Shown here piece after piece: positions 19,883 through 28,779 of a DNA stretch of 64,000 nucleotides; position 1 is the first letter of the stretch, and each line of letters starts with the position of its first letter. Both the position numbers and the translations under genes were made by a program. Source of the stretch: Alphaproteobacteria bacterium (GTDB lineage Bacteria > Pseudomonadota > Alphaproteobacteria > GCA-2746255); the NCBI GenBank assembly GCA_021296325.1, contig JAGWAR010000001.1, positions 151,159 to 215,158 of the forward strand. The letters run 5' to 3'. The notes under the pieces were generated by a model that was not told the origin of the DNA, made no database searches, and saw only the letters and a program-made list of their open reading frames with translations.

Positions 19883-20692
19883 TTAATCCTCGACCGGCTC
19901 GCCGATGGCGGGGCCATCGTCAAGCCCGGCCAGCACCTCGGCCACGTGGCGGACGCGAAGCTTCGAGCCGCGGTTCCGCAAGCTTCCCGCCAGATGCAGC
20001 AGGCAGCCGAGATCACCGCCGATAAGTTCGCCGGCGCCGGCTGCCTCCGCGGCGCCGGCCTTGTCGGTCGCCAGGCGTTCGGAAATTTCCGGAAACTTCA
20101 CGCAGAAGGTGCCGCCGAAGCCGCAACAGACGTCGCGCTCGTCAAGCTCGCGCAGGGTGAGGCCGGGCAATTCGCCAAGCAGGTCGCGGGGCGCCTCGCG
20201 GATGCCAAGCTCGCGCAGGCCGGCGCAGGAATCGTGATAGACGACGTCGCGCGCCTTGGCCTTGCCTGAGGTGCCCGGAAGGCAGGTAACGCCAAGCACG
20301 TCTTTTAGAAACGCCGTCAGCTCATGGACTTTTTCGCTGAACGCCTTGACCCGATCCGCCAGTTCCGGCGGATCGGCCAGAAGCGCCGGCGCGTGCAGGC
20401 GCAGGATAGCGGCGCAGGAGCCGGACGGGACGACGACGTAATCGACGTGCTCGAAGGTCTCCATCGTCTGGCGAACCAGGGCGGCGGCGTTCTTGCGGTC
20501 GCCGGAATTATAGGCGGGCTGCCCGCAGCAGGTCTGGCGGCGCGGCACGACGACTTCGCAGCCGGCGTCCTCGAGCAGGCGAACGGCGGCGAAGCCCACC
20601 TGCGGACGGATGAGATCGACGAGACAGGTGACGAAAAGGCCGACGCGAATCCTTGGCGATGACACCGGCAGGCCCCCGGATTGAGGAAACAA
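19883..20692 (-). CDS. lutA: Lactate utilization protein A (LutA/YkgE), cysteine-rich CCG-domain Fe-S oxidoreductase
   Basis: 269-aa ORF with two CCG motifs (CCGQPAYNSG and CCGFGGTF). First gene of the lutABC array. Confidence 0.85.
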   Translation of the reverse strand: MFPQSGGLPVSSPRIRVGLFVTCLVDLIRPQVGFAAVRLLEDAGCEVVVPRRQTCCGQPAYNSGDRKNAAALVRQTMETFEHVDYVVVPSGSCAAILRLHAPALLADPPELADRVKAFSEKVHELTAFLKDVLGVTCLPGTSGKAKARDVVYHDSCAGLRELGIREAPRDLLGELPGLTLRELDERDVCCGFGGTFCVKFPEISERLATDKAGAAEAAGAGELIGGDLGCLLHLAGSLRNRGSKLRVRHVAEVLAGLDDGPAIGEPVED

Positions 20693-20780
20693 AACTTCCG
20701 CCGAAAGAGAGCGTTACGCCGGTCAGCATGGGGGGAAGGGGGTGTAAAAGCAAGAATGGGCAGGCGTTGCTTGTCCCGCC

Positions 20781-21896
20781 CTATTCGGCCTTCGGCAGCA
20801 GCAGGTAATAGGTGCCGGTTGTCTTCATGGAACCCGCCTTGCGTTCGGCTTCTTCTCCGTAGCCCCAGAAGAAGTCGCCGCGCACGGCGCCCTTGATGGC
20901 GCCGCCCGTGTCCTGGGCAACGACGAGGCGGCGTAGCGGCTGATCGCGATTCAGCGGCTCGACCGTGTCAAGCCAGACCGGCGCGCCAAGCGGAAGAAAG
21001 GCGCGGTCGACCGCGAGGCTGCGTCCGGGTGTCAGCGGCGCGCCAAGCGACCCGATGGGCCCCTCGCCCTGGCGTTGCCGAAAGAAGACAAAGGAAGGAT
21101 TGATGGAAAACAGTTCCTGCATTCTTTCAGGATGCGCCGCAAGCCAGGTGCGAAGCGCGGGCATCGAAGCGTTGTCTTTCGAAATTTCGCCGCGCGCGAT
21201 CAGCTCGCGCCCGATGGATCGGTAGTCGTGGCCGTTCTTGCCGGCGTAGTTGAGGTGAAGGACGCTGCCGTCTTTCATTTCAACCCGGCCCGAGCCCTGG
21301 ATGTGAAGAAAGAAAAGATCGACCGGGTCGTCGACCCACAGGATCTCGAGTCCTTGCCCGGAAAGGGCGCCGGCCTCGATTTCGGCGCGCGTCACGTAAG
21401 GTTTCAGGGCGCCGGCCTCGACCCGGCCGGCGATCACCTCCCCGCGCCATTCCTCGCGGAAGCGGCCCAGATCCACCATGACGAGATCGGCCGGCCGGCC
21501 ATAGACGGGAACGCGGTAGCGGGCGTCCCGCTCCCAGGCGCCGCGCAGGGAAGCTTCGTAATAGCCGGTGAACAAGCCTTCCGCCTTGCCGTCACCCAGC
21601 ACGCGATGGGGCGTGAAACGGTTTTCAAAGAAGGCGCGCGCGGCCTTGGCATCTTGCGGGTTGATGGCTTCCGCCGCCTTGCAGACGCCGCCCCACGCTT
21701 TTGCCGTTTCGGCGCGCGCGACGAGGTGGCCGCAGCCCTTGCGGAAGGCGGCCAGTCCTTCTTCGAGACGGTCTTCCGTCCAGCCCGGCAGCGAATCGAA
21801 GCCGACCGGTTCCAGGCGGAACGGCACCGGCGGTTCGGCCTCGCAGGCGGCAAGCAGAAACAGAACGAGAAAGGGAAGCGAGCGAAACGCGCGCAT
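20781..21896 (-). CDS. mltA: Membrane-bound lytic murein transglycosylase A
   Basis: 371-aa ORF with signal/lipobox LLAACEA and the MltA 3D-domain motifs (LHLNYAGKNGHDYRSIGRELI, VAQDTGGAIKG). ATG at 21896. Confidence 0.9.
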   Translation of the reverse strand: MRAFRSLPFLVLFLLAACEAEPPVPFRLEPVGFDSLPGWTEDRLEEGLAAFRKGCGHLVARAETAKAWGGVCKAAEAINPQDAKAARAFFENRFTPHRVLGDGKAEGLFTGYYEASLRGAWERDARYRVPVYGRPADLVMVDLGRFREEWRGEVIAGRVEAGALKPYVTRAEIEAGALSGQGLEILWVDDPVDLFFLHIQGSGRVEMKDGSVLHLNYAGKNGHDYRSIGRELIARGEISKDNASMPALRTWLAAHPERMQELFSINPSFVFFRQRQGEGPIGSLGAPLTPGRSLAVDRAFLPLGAPVWLDTVEPLNRDQPLRRLVVAQDTGGAIKGAVRGDFFWGYGEEAERKAGSMKTTGTYYLLLPKAE

Positions 21897-21901
21897 GCCT
21901 T

Positions 21902-22597
21902 TTAGGCCGGTCCGTGAGTGGCGACCAATGTCCAGTTGGGATTACGTGAACGCAGATCGCGTTCAAACGTCCAGGTATCGGTTATCGAACGCACGGTGTT
22001 TGGATCGCCTTCGATGATGGCGCCGTCCTTGTTCCGCGTGAACTTGATCTGTTCGGAAAAAAAGCGCACGACGATCCGCCCGATGTTGCCCGCAAGGGTG
22101 GCATCGGACACTTCGGCGTCCGAGATTTTCGTGATCATCACCTCAAGCGTTTCTTCCTTGGCGGCGCGCGCATCGATGGCGGCGGCGAAACGCGAGAAGA
22201 CGTCCTTGCTAAGAAGCGCCCGCAGGGTTTTCTTGTCGCCCTTGGCAAAGGCACTGACCACGGTTTCGAAGGCGACGCGGGCGCCGGCCAGAAATTCTTC
22301 GATGCTGAAATTGCGATCCCTCTTCCGCATGGCGTCGAACGCCTCGGCAAAGGGGGATTGGGCCGCGGCGGCGGGCCGGGCCGGCGTTTCGCTTTCCGGG
22401 CCCCGGCCCGGCAGGTGAACCACCTTGTCCTCCCGTTTGGTGGGGGCGGCGGCGTCTTCCCGGTCGCGCAGCGTCCAGAACGAGGATGAGGACGGCGGAC
22501 GGCGGTCGAGCCCGCTTCGCCGGCCAAGCACGCTCCACAGCCGGAAAACCAGAAAAGCCGCAATGGCGGCGAAGAAGATGATGTCGAAAAACTGCAA
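21902..22597 (-). CDS. Tim44-like domain protein (bacterial homolog of the mitochondrial import subunit Tim44)
   Basis: About 231 aa from a TTG start at 22597 (MQFFDIIFFAAIAAFLVF...), an N-terminal TM helix, and a C-terminal Tim44-like NTF2 fold (ISDAEVSDATLAGNIGRIVVRF). The upstream ORF extension has no support. Confidence 0.7.
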   Translation of the reverse strand: MQFFDIIFFAAIAAFLVFRLWSVLGRRSGLDRRPPSSSSFWTLRDREDAAAPTKREDKVVHLPGRGPESETPARPAAAAQSPFAEAFDAMRKRDRNFSIEEFLAGARVAFETVVSAFAKGDKKTLRALLSKDVFSRFAAAIDARAAKEETLEVMITKISDAEVSDATLAGNIGRIVVRFFSEQIKFTRNKDGAIIEGDPNTVRSITDTWTFERDLRSRNPNWTLVATHGPA

Positions 22598-22767
22598 ATT
22601 TTGAGCCTTTCCTGAACTTGCGGCGCGATCCGTGCCGAATCGCCCGAAGAAGGCCCGCCGGGCGCACACACCGGGCGGCCCCCCCGACAACCTGTACAGT
22701 ATATATAGGCGCTTCCTTACCGGCTTGTATATTCTTGTCAAAACTCTTCGCATGGGTATCGAAGCGA

Positions 22768-23259
22768 ATGATTCCATTCCTCTTTTTCCTCCTGCTCGCC
22801 ACGCCGCTGATCGAGATCGCCGTTTTTATCGAGGTCGGTGGCTTCCTTGGCCTGTGGCCGACTCTGGGCGTCGTCCTGCTGACTGCGATGCTGGGAACCG
22901 CGCTGTTCCGGATCCAGGGCGTCGGCATCCTTCGCCAGGCCCAGGCAAACCTAGAGGCGAACCGCTTTCCGGCCCATGAGGTGTTCGAGGGGCTGTGCCT
23001 GCTGGTCGCCGGCGCGCTACTGATCACCCCTGGATTCGTCACGGATAGCCTTGGGTTTTTGCTGTTTTTCCCGCCTTTCCGCGCCCTTTTGCGGGGCGCG
23101 CTCCTGCGGCGGCTGGTGCGCGAGGGCCGGGTCGGCCCGCCACCCGAGGGGCCCGGCGGCGAGGGGCCGGTCATCGATGGCGTCTACCGGGAGATCCGGG
23201 AGGAGCCGGCGGACGAGGAGACGCGCGGCGATCGGCCCGATCGGGGGGCCGGCGGCTAG
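22768..23259 (+). CDS. fxsA: FxsA family cytoplasmic membrane protein
   Basis: 163 aa from MIPFLFFLLLATPLIEIAVFIEVG (ATG 22768 by frame arithmetic). FxsA signature LLITPGFVTD. The ORF track's N-extension is rejected. Confidence 0.8.
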   Translation: MIPFLFFLLLATPLIEIAVFIEVGGFLGLWPTLGVVLLTAMLGTALFRIQGVGILRQAQANLEANRFPAHEVFEGLCLLVAGALLITPGFVTDSLGFLLFFPPFRALLRGALLRRLVREGRVGPPPEGPGGEGPVIDGVYREIREEPADEETRGDRPDRGAGG

Positions 23260-23325
23260 GGCCAAGCCAGTTGTCCATGGTGGCGATCCGTGTTAGCCAC
23301 ATGCCAACCTGACCGAAGGGAGGCC

Positions 23326-23829
23326 ATGATGAGTGACAACGGATCAACGAATCCGACCGACGCGCCCGCTTCCGGTGGCGCCGCCAATCAGCAGGGCGCG
23401 CCGCTGGCCATTCGCGGCCAGTATATCCGGGACCTTTCCTTCGAAATTCCCAAGGCGCCGGAAAGCATTTCCGGCCTCACGCAGGCGCCGAACGTGGACA
23501 TCCAGATCGAGGTGGGCGTGCGCGACCTGCAGGCGGACACCTACGAGGTCACGCTTACCGTCCGTTGCGAGGCAAAGACGGAAGCCGAATCGATCTTCAT
23601 TCTCGAAATTGCCTATGCCGGCGTCTTTACGCTGACGGGCCTGCAGGCGGAACATCTGAAGCCGGCCCTTTACATCGAATGTCCGCGCTACCTTTTTCCT
23701 TTTGCGCGCAGCATCGTCGCCACCCTTACCCAGGAAAGCAGCCTGCCTCCGATGTTGATCAACCCGATCGACTTCGCCGCCCTTTACCGGGCGCGCTATC
23801 AGGAGGCGCAGCAGGGCGCCGCTTCTTAA
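23326..23829 (+). CDS. secB: Protein-export chaperone SecB
   Basis: From MMSDNG with RBS GAAGGGAGG. SecB motifs (IRGQYIRDLSFE, FILEIAYAGVF). Confidence 0.9.
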   Translation: MMSDNGSTNPTDAPASGGAANQQGAPLAIRGQYIRDLSFEIPKAPESISGLTQAPNVDIQIEVGVRDLQADTYEVTLTVRCEAKTEAESIFILEIAYAGVFTLTGLQAEHLKPALYIECPRYLFPFARSIVATLTQESSLPPMLINPIDFAALYRARYQEAQQGAAS

Positions 23830-23842
23830 GACCCCTTTCCGT

Positions 23843-24517
23843 TCAGGATTCCCAGACCGGGTCCTTCAGCCGGGCCAGAAACGCCGCATGAGCGGCGAGT
23901 TCCGCTTCCGTCGGCGCATGGGGCCTGGCCTCGCGTTGGGGCTTGACCGTCGTCGCCACCCGGGCAGCGGCCTTCGTCCCGGCCGATGTCAGGGTCAGCC
24001 CCGGTTCCCGCCCGCCGAGAAGCTCGAGATAAACTTCGGCCAGAAGTTCGCTGTCTAGAAGGGCGCCGTGTTTCTCGCGTCCGGAATTGTCGATGCCAAA
24101 CCGCTTGCAAAGCGCATCCAGGCTTGCCGGGGCGCCCGGAAACTTTTTACGCGCCAGCATCAGCGTATCGATGCAACGCTCCGATTCGAGGGCGGCGAAT
24201 CCCAGCCGCTTCAGCTCGGCGTTCAGGAACGCAAGGTCGAACTCGGCGTTGTGAATGACCAGCGGCGCATCCCCGATAAAGGCCAGAAATTCCTCGACAA
24301 AATCGGCAAAGACCGGGTGGTCGCTCAGAAAATCCAGGGTCAGCCCGTGAACCCGGACCACTTCTTCCGGAATGTCCCGTTCGGGATTCACGTAGCGGTG
24401 AAACCGTTCGCCGCTCGGGATATGGTTGATCAGTTCGAGACAGCCGACCTCGACGATGCGATGGCCGTCCGATGGACTCAGGCCCGTTGTTTCCGTATCC
24501 AGCACAACTTGGCGCAT
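23843..24517 (-). CDS. dnaQ: DNA polymerase III epsilon subunit (3'-5' proofreading exonuclease)
   Basis: 224 aa from MRQVVLDTETTGL (Exo I motif), with HNAEFD (Exo II) and ALLDSELLAEVY (Exo III). ATG 24515-24517 confirmed. Confidence 0.9.
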   Translation of the reverse strand: MRQVVLDTETTGLSPSDGHRIVEVGCLELINHIPSGERFHRYVNPERDIPEEVVRVHGLTLDFLSDHPVFADFVEEFLAFIGDAPLVIHNAEFDLAFLNAELKRLGFAALESERCIDTLMLARKKFPGAPASLDALCKRFGIDNSGREKHGALLDSELLAEVYLELLGGREPGLTLTSAGTKAAARVATTVKPQREARPHAPTEAELAAHAAFLARLKDPVWES

Positions 24518-24525
24518 GATGTGTC

Positions 24526-25134
24526 CTAGCTTGTCCGGCGGTTTTTGCGCCTGCGAATCAGTCTGACAATTTCCCGAAGTGCGTTCAACGTATGATGACG
24601 CCCCATGCCCGTTGGCACGATAAAGTCGGCGCGTTTGCGTTTCTCGGCGTCGGGCGTCTGCTTGGCGAGAACGGCCTGCAGGCGGGCCGGCGTCATGCCG
24701 GGGCGGCGCAGCACGCGGGCTTGCTGAACGAAGGGCGGCGCCGTCACGACGATGGTGAAATCGCAACGCCGTTCGGCATCGTTTTCGAACAGCAGCGGAA
24801 TTTCCAGCACGACGAGATCGGCGCGCCTCAAGCCGGCGTTGCGGAGAAAGCGTTTTTCCGCCGTACGCACGAGGGGGTGGACGATTTCCTCAAGCCGGTG
24901 CAGGCTTTTCGGATCCGTGAAGACGCATTCGGCCATGGCGTCACGGTCGAGCGCGCCGTTTTTCACGAGGCCGGGAAACGCCCTGGCGATCGCTGGCAGC
25001 GCCGCGCCGTCCGGGCGTTGCAGCGCATGAACGACGGCGTCCGCGTCGAAAACGGGAAGGCCAAGGCGGCGCAGCATGTTGGCGGCGGTCGTTTTGCCCA
25101 TGCCGATTGAGCCGGTCAGCCCGACGATGGCCAT
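24526..25134 (-). CDS. coaE: Dephospho-CoA kinase
   Basis: From MAIVGLTGSIGMGKTT (P-loop) and a CoaE fold. Confidence 0.9.
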   Translation of the reverse strand: MAIVGLTGSIGMGKTTAANMLRRLGLPVFDADAVVHALQRPDGAALPAIARAFPGLVKNGALDRDAMAECVFTDPKSLHRLEEIVHPLVRTAEKRFLRNAGLRRADLVVLEIPLLFENDAERRCDFTIVVTAPPFVQQARVLRRPGMTPARLQAVLAKQTPDAEKRKRADFIVPTGMGRHHTLNALREIVRLIRRRKNRRTS

Positions 25135-25142
25135 GCCTTGAT

Positions 25143-25997
25143 TCATCCGCCCCCACCCCCGCCCACATGGGCGCGGAGTTCCGGAGTCACCTCGGGGTCG
25201 ATGCCGCCCTGCCCGAACCAGGCCCGAAAGCCGGGTCGGGCCTGATGCAGCAGCATGCCGAGGCCGTCCACGGTCGGGTTGCCGCGCGCCTTCGCGGCTT
25301 TCAGAAGCGCCGTTTCCAGCGGCGCGTAGACGAGATCGGTGACGACCGCCTCCTTCGGCAATGGTCCAAGGTCGAGGTCGAGGGGCGTGCCACCCTCCAT
25401 GCCGAGGGTCGTCGCGTTGACCAGCAAACGGGCCCCGGCAAGGGCCGCCTGGCGCGCCTTCCAGGGATAGGCCTCGATGGCGCCACCAAGCGCTTCGACC
25501 AGGGCGGCGGCCCGCGCCTCCGTCCGGTTGACGAGGCGGACCTCCGCGCCCTGATCGCGCAGGGCCGCCACGACCGCCCGCGCCGCGCCGCCTGCGCCGA
25601 GGACGACGGTCGGCCCCGATTCTGCCTTCCAGCCCGGCGCGCCCTCGCGCAGATTCTCCATGAAGCCGAAGCCGTCCGTATTGGTACCGGCAAGCCTGCC
25701 ATCGGCCAGAACCGTCACCGTGTTCACCGCGCCAAGCCGCCTGGCAAGCGCATCCGTCTCATCCAGGACATCAAGGGCCGCCTCCTTATGGGGCGTCGTC
25801 AGATTGACCCCGGCGAATCCCAGAAGCGGCAGTGCACGCAGAGCACTTTCCAGATGTTCCGGGCGCACCGGCAGGGGCACGTAGGCCCCGTCGATCCCGT
25901 AGCGCTCGAGCCAATAGCCGTGCAGCAGCGGCGAGCGGGAATGGGCGACCGGCCAGCCCATGACGCCGGCGATCTGTGCTTGTCCGGTAACGCTCAT
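25143..25997 (-). CDS. aroE: Shikimate dehydrogenase
   Basis: 284-aa ORF with SRSPLLHGYW, NTDGFG and the Rossmann motif GAGGAARA. Confidence 0.9.
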   Translation of the reverse strand: MSVTGQAQIAGVMGWPVAHSRSPLLHGYWLERYGIDGAYVPLPVRPEHLESALRALPLLGFAGVNLTTPHKEAALDVLDETDALARRLGAVNTVTVLADGRLAGTNTDGFGFMENLREGAPGWKAESGPTVVLGAGGAARAVVAALRDQGAEVRLVNRTEARAAALVEALGGAIEAYPWKARQAALAGARLLVNATTLGMEGGTPLDLDLGPLPKEAVVTDLVYAPLETALLKAAKARGNPTVDGLGMLLHQARPGFRAWFGQGGIDPEVTPELRAHVGGGGGG

Positions 25998-26596
25998 CGT
26001 TTCAGCACCTCGTGGGTCCGCAAAAAATCAAGCAACGGCAAAAGCGCGAGACCCAGAATAGCGAAATAATCGCCCTTCACCCGTGCAAAGAGTTGCGCGC
26101 CAAGCCCCTCCATCTGGTAGGCGCCGACCGATTTCAACGCCTCCTCGCCGACGGCGGCAAGGTAGGAGGATAGAAAATCCTCGCTGAAGTCGCGCATTTC
26201 AAGGGTTGCCCGGCCAACATGGTGCCAGAGCCTGGCCCCGTCCTTCACCACCATCACGCAGCCGACGAGATCGTGGGCCCGGCCGCGAAGCTGGCCAAGC
26301 TGGGCGCGAGCCTGGTCGAGATTTTCCGGCTTGTCGAATCGCCGCCCCTCGCATTCCAGCATCTGATCGGCGCCGATCACGAAGGCGTTCGGAAACCGGC
26401 GGGAGACCTGCTGCGCCTTGAGCAGCGCCAGGGCCTCCACCACCGCCTCGACGGGTTCGGCCTGCATGCTGAGTTTCACCTCCGCCTCGTCCACATGGGC
26501 CGGCGCCGCTTCGAAGGGAACGCCGGCGGCGCGCAACAGGCGGGCGCGAACTTCGCTTGCCGAGGCAAGCACGATGCGTTTTTCCGAATCAGGCAT
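25994..26596 (-). CDS. maf: Maf-like nucleotide pyrophosphatase / septum formation protein
   Basis: From MPDSEKRIVLASASEVR with the Maf motifs (VIGADQ, E...K). Overlaps the aroE start by 4 nt. Confidence 0.85.
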   Translation of the reverse strand: MPDSEKRIVLASASEVRARLLRAAGVPFEAAPAHVDEAEVKLSMQAEPVEAVVEALALLKAQQVSRRFPNAFVIGADQMLECEGRRFDKPENLDQARAQLGQLRGRAHDLVGCVMVVKDGARLWHHVGRATLEMRDFSEDFLSSYLAAVGEEALKSVGAYQMEGLGAQLFARVKGDYFAILGLALLPLLDFLRTHEVLKR

Positions 26597-27416
26597 GGCG
26601 GTCGGGCTTTCGCCGTTCGGCATAGAGTTGCAGGATGGCCGAGGCCGTTTCCTCGACGGACCGCCGCGTGACGTCGATGACGGGCCAGTCGCGTTCGGTA
26701 AAGAGGCGGCGAGCGTCCAGCATTTCTTCCCGCACCTTTTCGAAATCCGCGTAGTCGTCCATGGCGCCGGCCTGGGGCATGCGCAGCTGGCGCGCCTCGA
26801 CCAGGCGGGCCGGGTCCATCGTCAGCCCCACCACCAGCGGCTTTGTCGTGCGATCGACCGCGTTCAGCAGAGGCGAACCCGGAATGATCGGCACGTTCGC
26901 CGCCCGGATGCCCCGATTGGCAAGGTAGACGCAGGTCGGCGTTTTCGACGTGCGCGACACGCCGACAAGCACGACGTCGGCGTTGTTCAAGTCCCGCACG
27001 TGCTGACCGTCGTCGTGAAGCAGCGCGAAATTCATGGCGTCGATCCGCCGGTAGTATTCCTCGTCAAGCGCATGCTGCCGGCCGGGCTGATCCTTGCTTT
27101 CCACTCCGAAATACCCCCGCAGCGCCCCCATGACCGGGTCCAGCGCGGGGATGCAGGGAATCTTCAGCCGCGCGCACCCTTCCTCGAGCGCCTCGCGAAG
27201 GGAAGAGTTCACCAGCGTGAAAAGAACAATGCCGCGGTCTTTCTCAACGGCATCGAGGATGCGTTGAATCTGCGAAGGCGTTCGAACCAGAAACCAGGCG
27301 TGCTCTTCAATAGCAACGTCCTCGAACTGGACGAGGCAGGCGCGTACCATGCTGCTGATCGTCTCGCCCGTTGCATCAGACACAAGATGAAGGTGGAAAC
27401 TGTTTACCGAAACCAT
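26589..27416 (-). CDS. Pyruvate, phosphate dikinase / PEP synthetase regulatory protein (DUF299, PDRP/YdiA family)
   Basis: From MVSVNSFHLHLVSDATGET, the kinase/phosphotransferase P-loop region GVSRTSKTP. It is the homolog of the Caulobacter CC0001 / Rickettsia RP001 origin-flanking gene. Confidence 0.85.
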   Translation of the reverse strand: MVSVNSFHLHLVSDATGETISSMVRACLVQFEDVAIEEHAWFLVRTPSQIQRILDAVEKDRGIVLFTLVNSSLREALEEGCARLKIPCIPALDPVMGALRGYFGVESKDQPGRQHALDEEYYRRIDAMNFALLHDDGQHVRDLNNADVVLVGVSRTSKTPTCVYLANRGIRAANVPIIPGSPLLNAVDRTTKPLVVGLTMDPARLVEARQLRMPQAGAMDDYADFEKVREEMLDARRLFTERDWPVIDVTRRSVEETASAILQLYAERRKPDRHA

Positions 27417-27723
27417 GTGGAGCGTATCGTATGAAATGTGAACATCTGCCGTCTTTTGCACACCGACCCGAATTCATCCCGGTCTTGCATTTTTCCTTAT
27501 AGGCCTTTTCAACACCGGGATAACGTTATCCACAACTGTTCGAAACGTCGGTCAAAGAAATTGACGCCAAAGAATACGCCAACCCCACCCTGTTTTCCTA
27601 CGCAACCGCCTGTGGGAGACCCGTGCAAGAACCGGTAATCCCACTTATTTCAACCACCAACCACCACTACTACCTTCTTTTAAGATTCCTATAGAAAGAA
27701 GGAGGAAGTACCCTTGAACTATC
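27417..27723. other. oriC: Candidate chromosomal replication origin (oriC/Cori-type) in the DUF299-hemE intergenic region
   Basis: 307-bp non-coding gap of markedly lower GC than the window. It holds a perfect DnaA box and an ACC/AACC short tandem tract (27649-27674). The hemE-origin-DUF299-maf-aroE-coaE-dnaQ order is conserved in alphaproteobacteria. rho, mnmEG-rsmG-parAB and holA lie nearby. Confidence 0.45.
27526..27534 (+). promoter_or_regulatory. Perfect DnaA box TTATCCACA inside the palindrome GGGATAACGTTATCCACA
   Basis: Exact 9-mer match at 27526-27534. An inverted TTATCC half sits immediately upstream (27518-27526). Confidence 0.5.
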
Positions 27724-28779
27724 GTGGACAACACCCCAGACACATCGAAATCCGTAAAGCCGCTGCTTCGGGCCCTGCGCGGAGAGGTTAGCATGCCGCC
27801 ACCCGTCTGGCTCATGCGGCAGGCCGGCCGCTATCTGCCGGAATACCGGGAAATCCGCAGCCATGCTGGAACCTTTCTGGACCTTTGTTACGCGCCGGAT
27901 CTTGCCATTGAGGCGACGCTGCAACCGGTCCGGCGGTTTTCCCTGGATGCGGCCATCGTCTTTTCGGACATTCTTCTGGTGCCTCATGCGCTTGGCCAAG
28001 AAGTCAGTTTTTCCGAAGGCAAGGGGCCGAAACTTGCGGCCTTGAAGCAAAGCGGAGATCTGAAAGGGCTTGTGCTGGAGGATGTGGCGACCAAGCTCCG
28101 GCCGGTCTACGAAGCAATCAAGCAGCTTCACCGAGAGCTTGCCCCGGAGATCGCCTTGATCGGCTTTGCCGGCGCTCCCTGGACGCTGGCGGCCTACATG
28201 ATCGAGGGAAAGACCAGCCGGCATTTTTCAAAAGCGCAGAACTGGGCAAAGGCAGAACCACAATCCTTTTCCAAACTCATCGACGTTCTGGTCGAGGCCG
28301 TTTCCGGGCATCTTATCCGTCAGGTTGAGGCCGGTGCCGACGTCGTCCAGATTTTCGACAGCTGGGCCGGCGTGCTTTCGCCGGAAGCGTTCGAGCGCTG
28401 GGTGGTGCAACCGACCCGGGCGATCGTCGGCAAGGTCAAGGAAGCCGTTCCGGGAACCCCGGTGATCGGCTTTCCGCGCGGCGTCGATGTGCTTTACAAA
28501 GACTACGCCGAGGCGAGCGGGGTGGACGGCGTCAGCATCGATACGCAGGTTTCGCCAGCATGGGCGGCGGCCGAGCTTCAAGACAAGGTTTGCGTTCAGG
28601 GCAATCTGGACCCGGAAGCGCTGGTCGAAGGGGGCAAGCGCATGCGCGATGCAACGGCGCAAATTCTTGAGGCCTTGGGATCCGGCCCCTTCGTCTTCAA
28701 TCTGGGCCATGGCGTGGTTCCGCAAACCCCGCCCGAGCACGTGTCGGAACTTTTGGAAACCATCCGGGGCGCCGTCTGA
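27724..28779 (+). CDS. hemE: Uroporphyrinogen decarboxylase
   Basis: 351 aa with a GTG start. Motifs PVWLMRQAGRYLPEY, FSDIL and NLGHGV. RBS AAGGAGG lies upstream. Confidence 0.95.
   Translation: MDNTPDTSKSVKPLLRALRGEVSMPPPVWLMRQAGRYLPEYREIRSHAGTFLDLCYAPDLAIEATLQPVRRFSLDAAIVFSDILLVPHALGQEVSFSEGKGPKLAALKQSGDLKGLVLEDVATKLRPVYEAIKQLHRELAPEIALIGFAGAPWTLAAYMIEGKTSRHFSKAQNWAKAEPQSFSKLIDVLVEAVSGHLIRQVEAGADVVQIFDSWAGVLSPEAFERWVVQPTRAIVGKVKEAVPGTPVIGFPRGVDVLYKDYAEASGVDGVSIDTQVSPAWAAAELQDKVCVQGNLDPEALVEGGKRMRDATAQILEALGSGPFVFNLGHGVVPQTPPEHVSELLETIRGAV

Noticed and set aside
20693-20780. Terminator after mltA / promoter of lutA
   Set aside because: Only an imperfect GC stem (GGGCGG...CGCCTGCCC) with a weak T-rich tail. 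It is too degenerate to annotate.
27417-27723. CtrA-type TTAA-N7-TTAA boxes and multiple GANTC methylation sites in the candidate origin
   Set aside because: No TTAA-N7-TTAA motif and only one GANTC (27685-27689) are present. Caulobacter-style CtrA control of this origin is not supported by the sequence.
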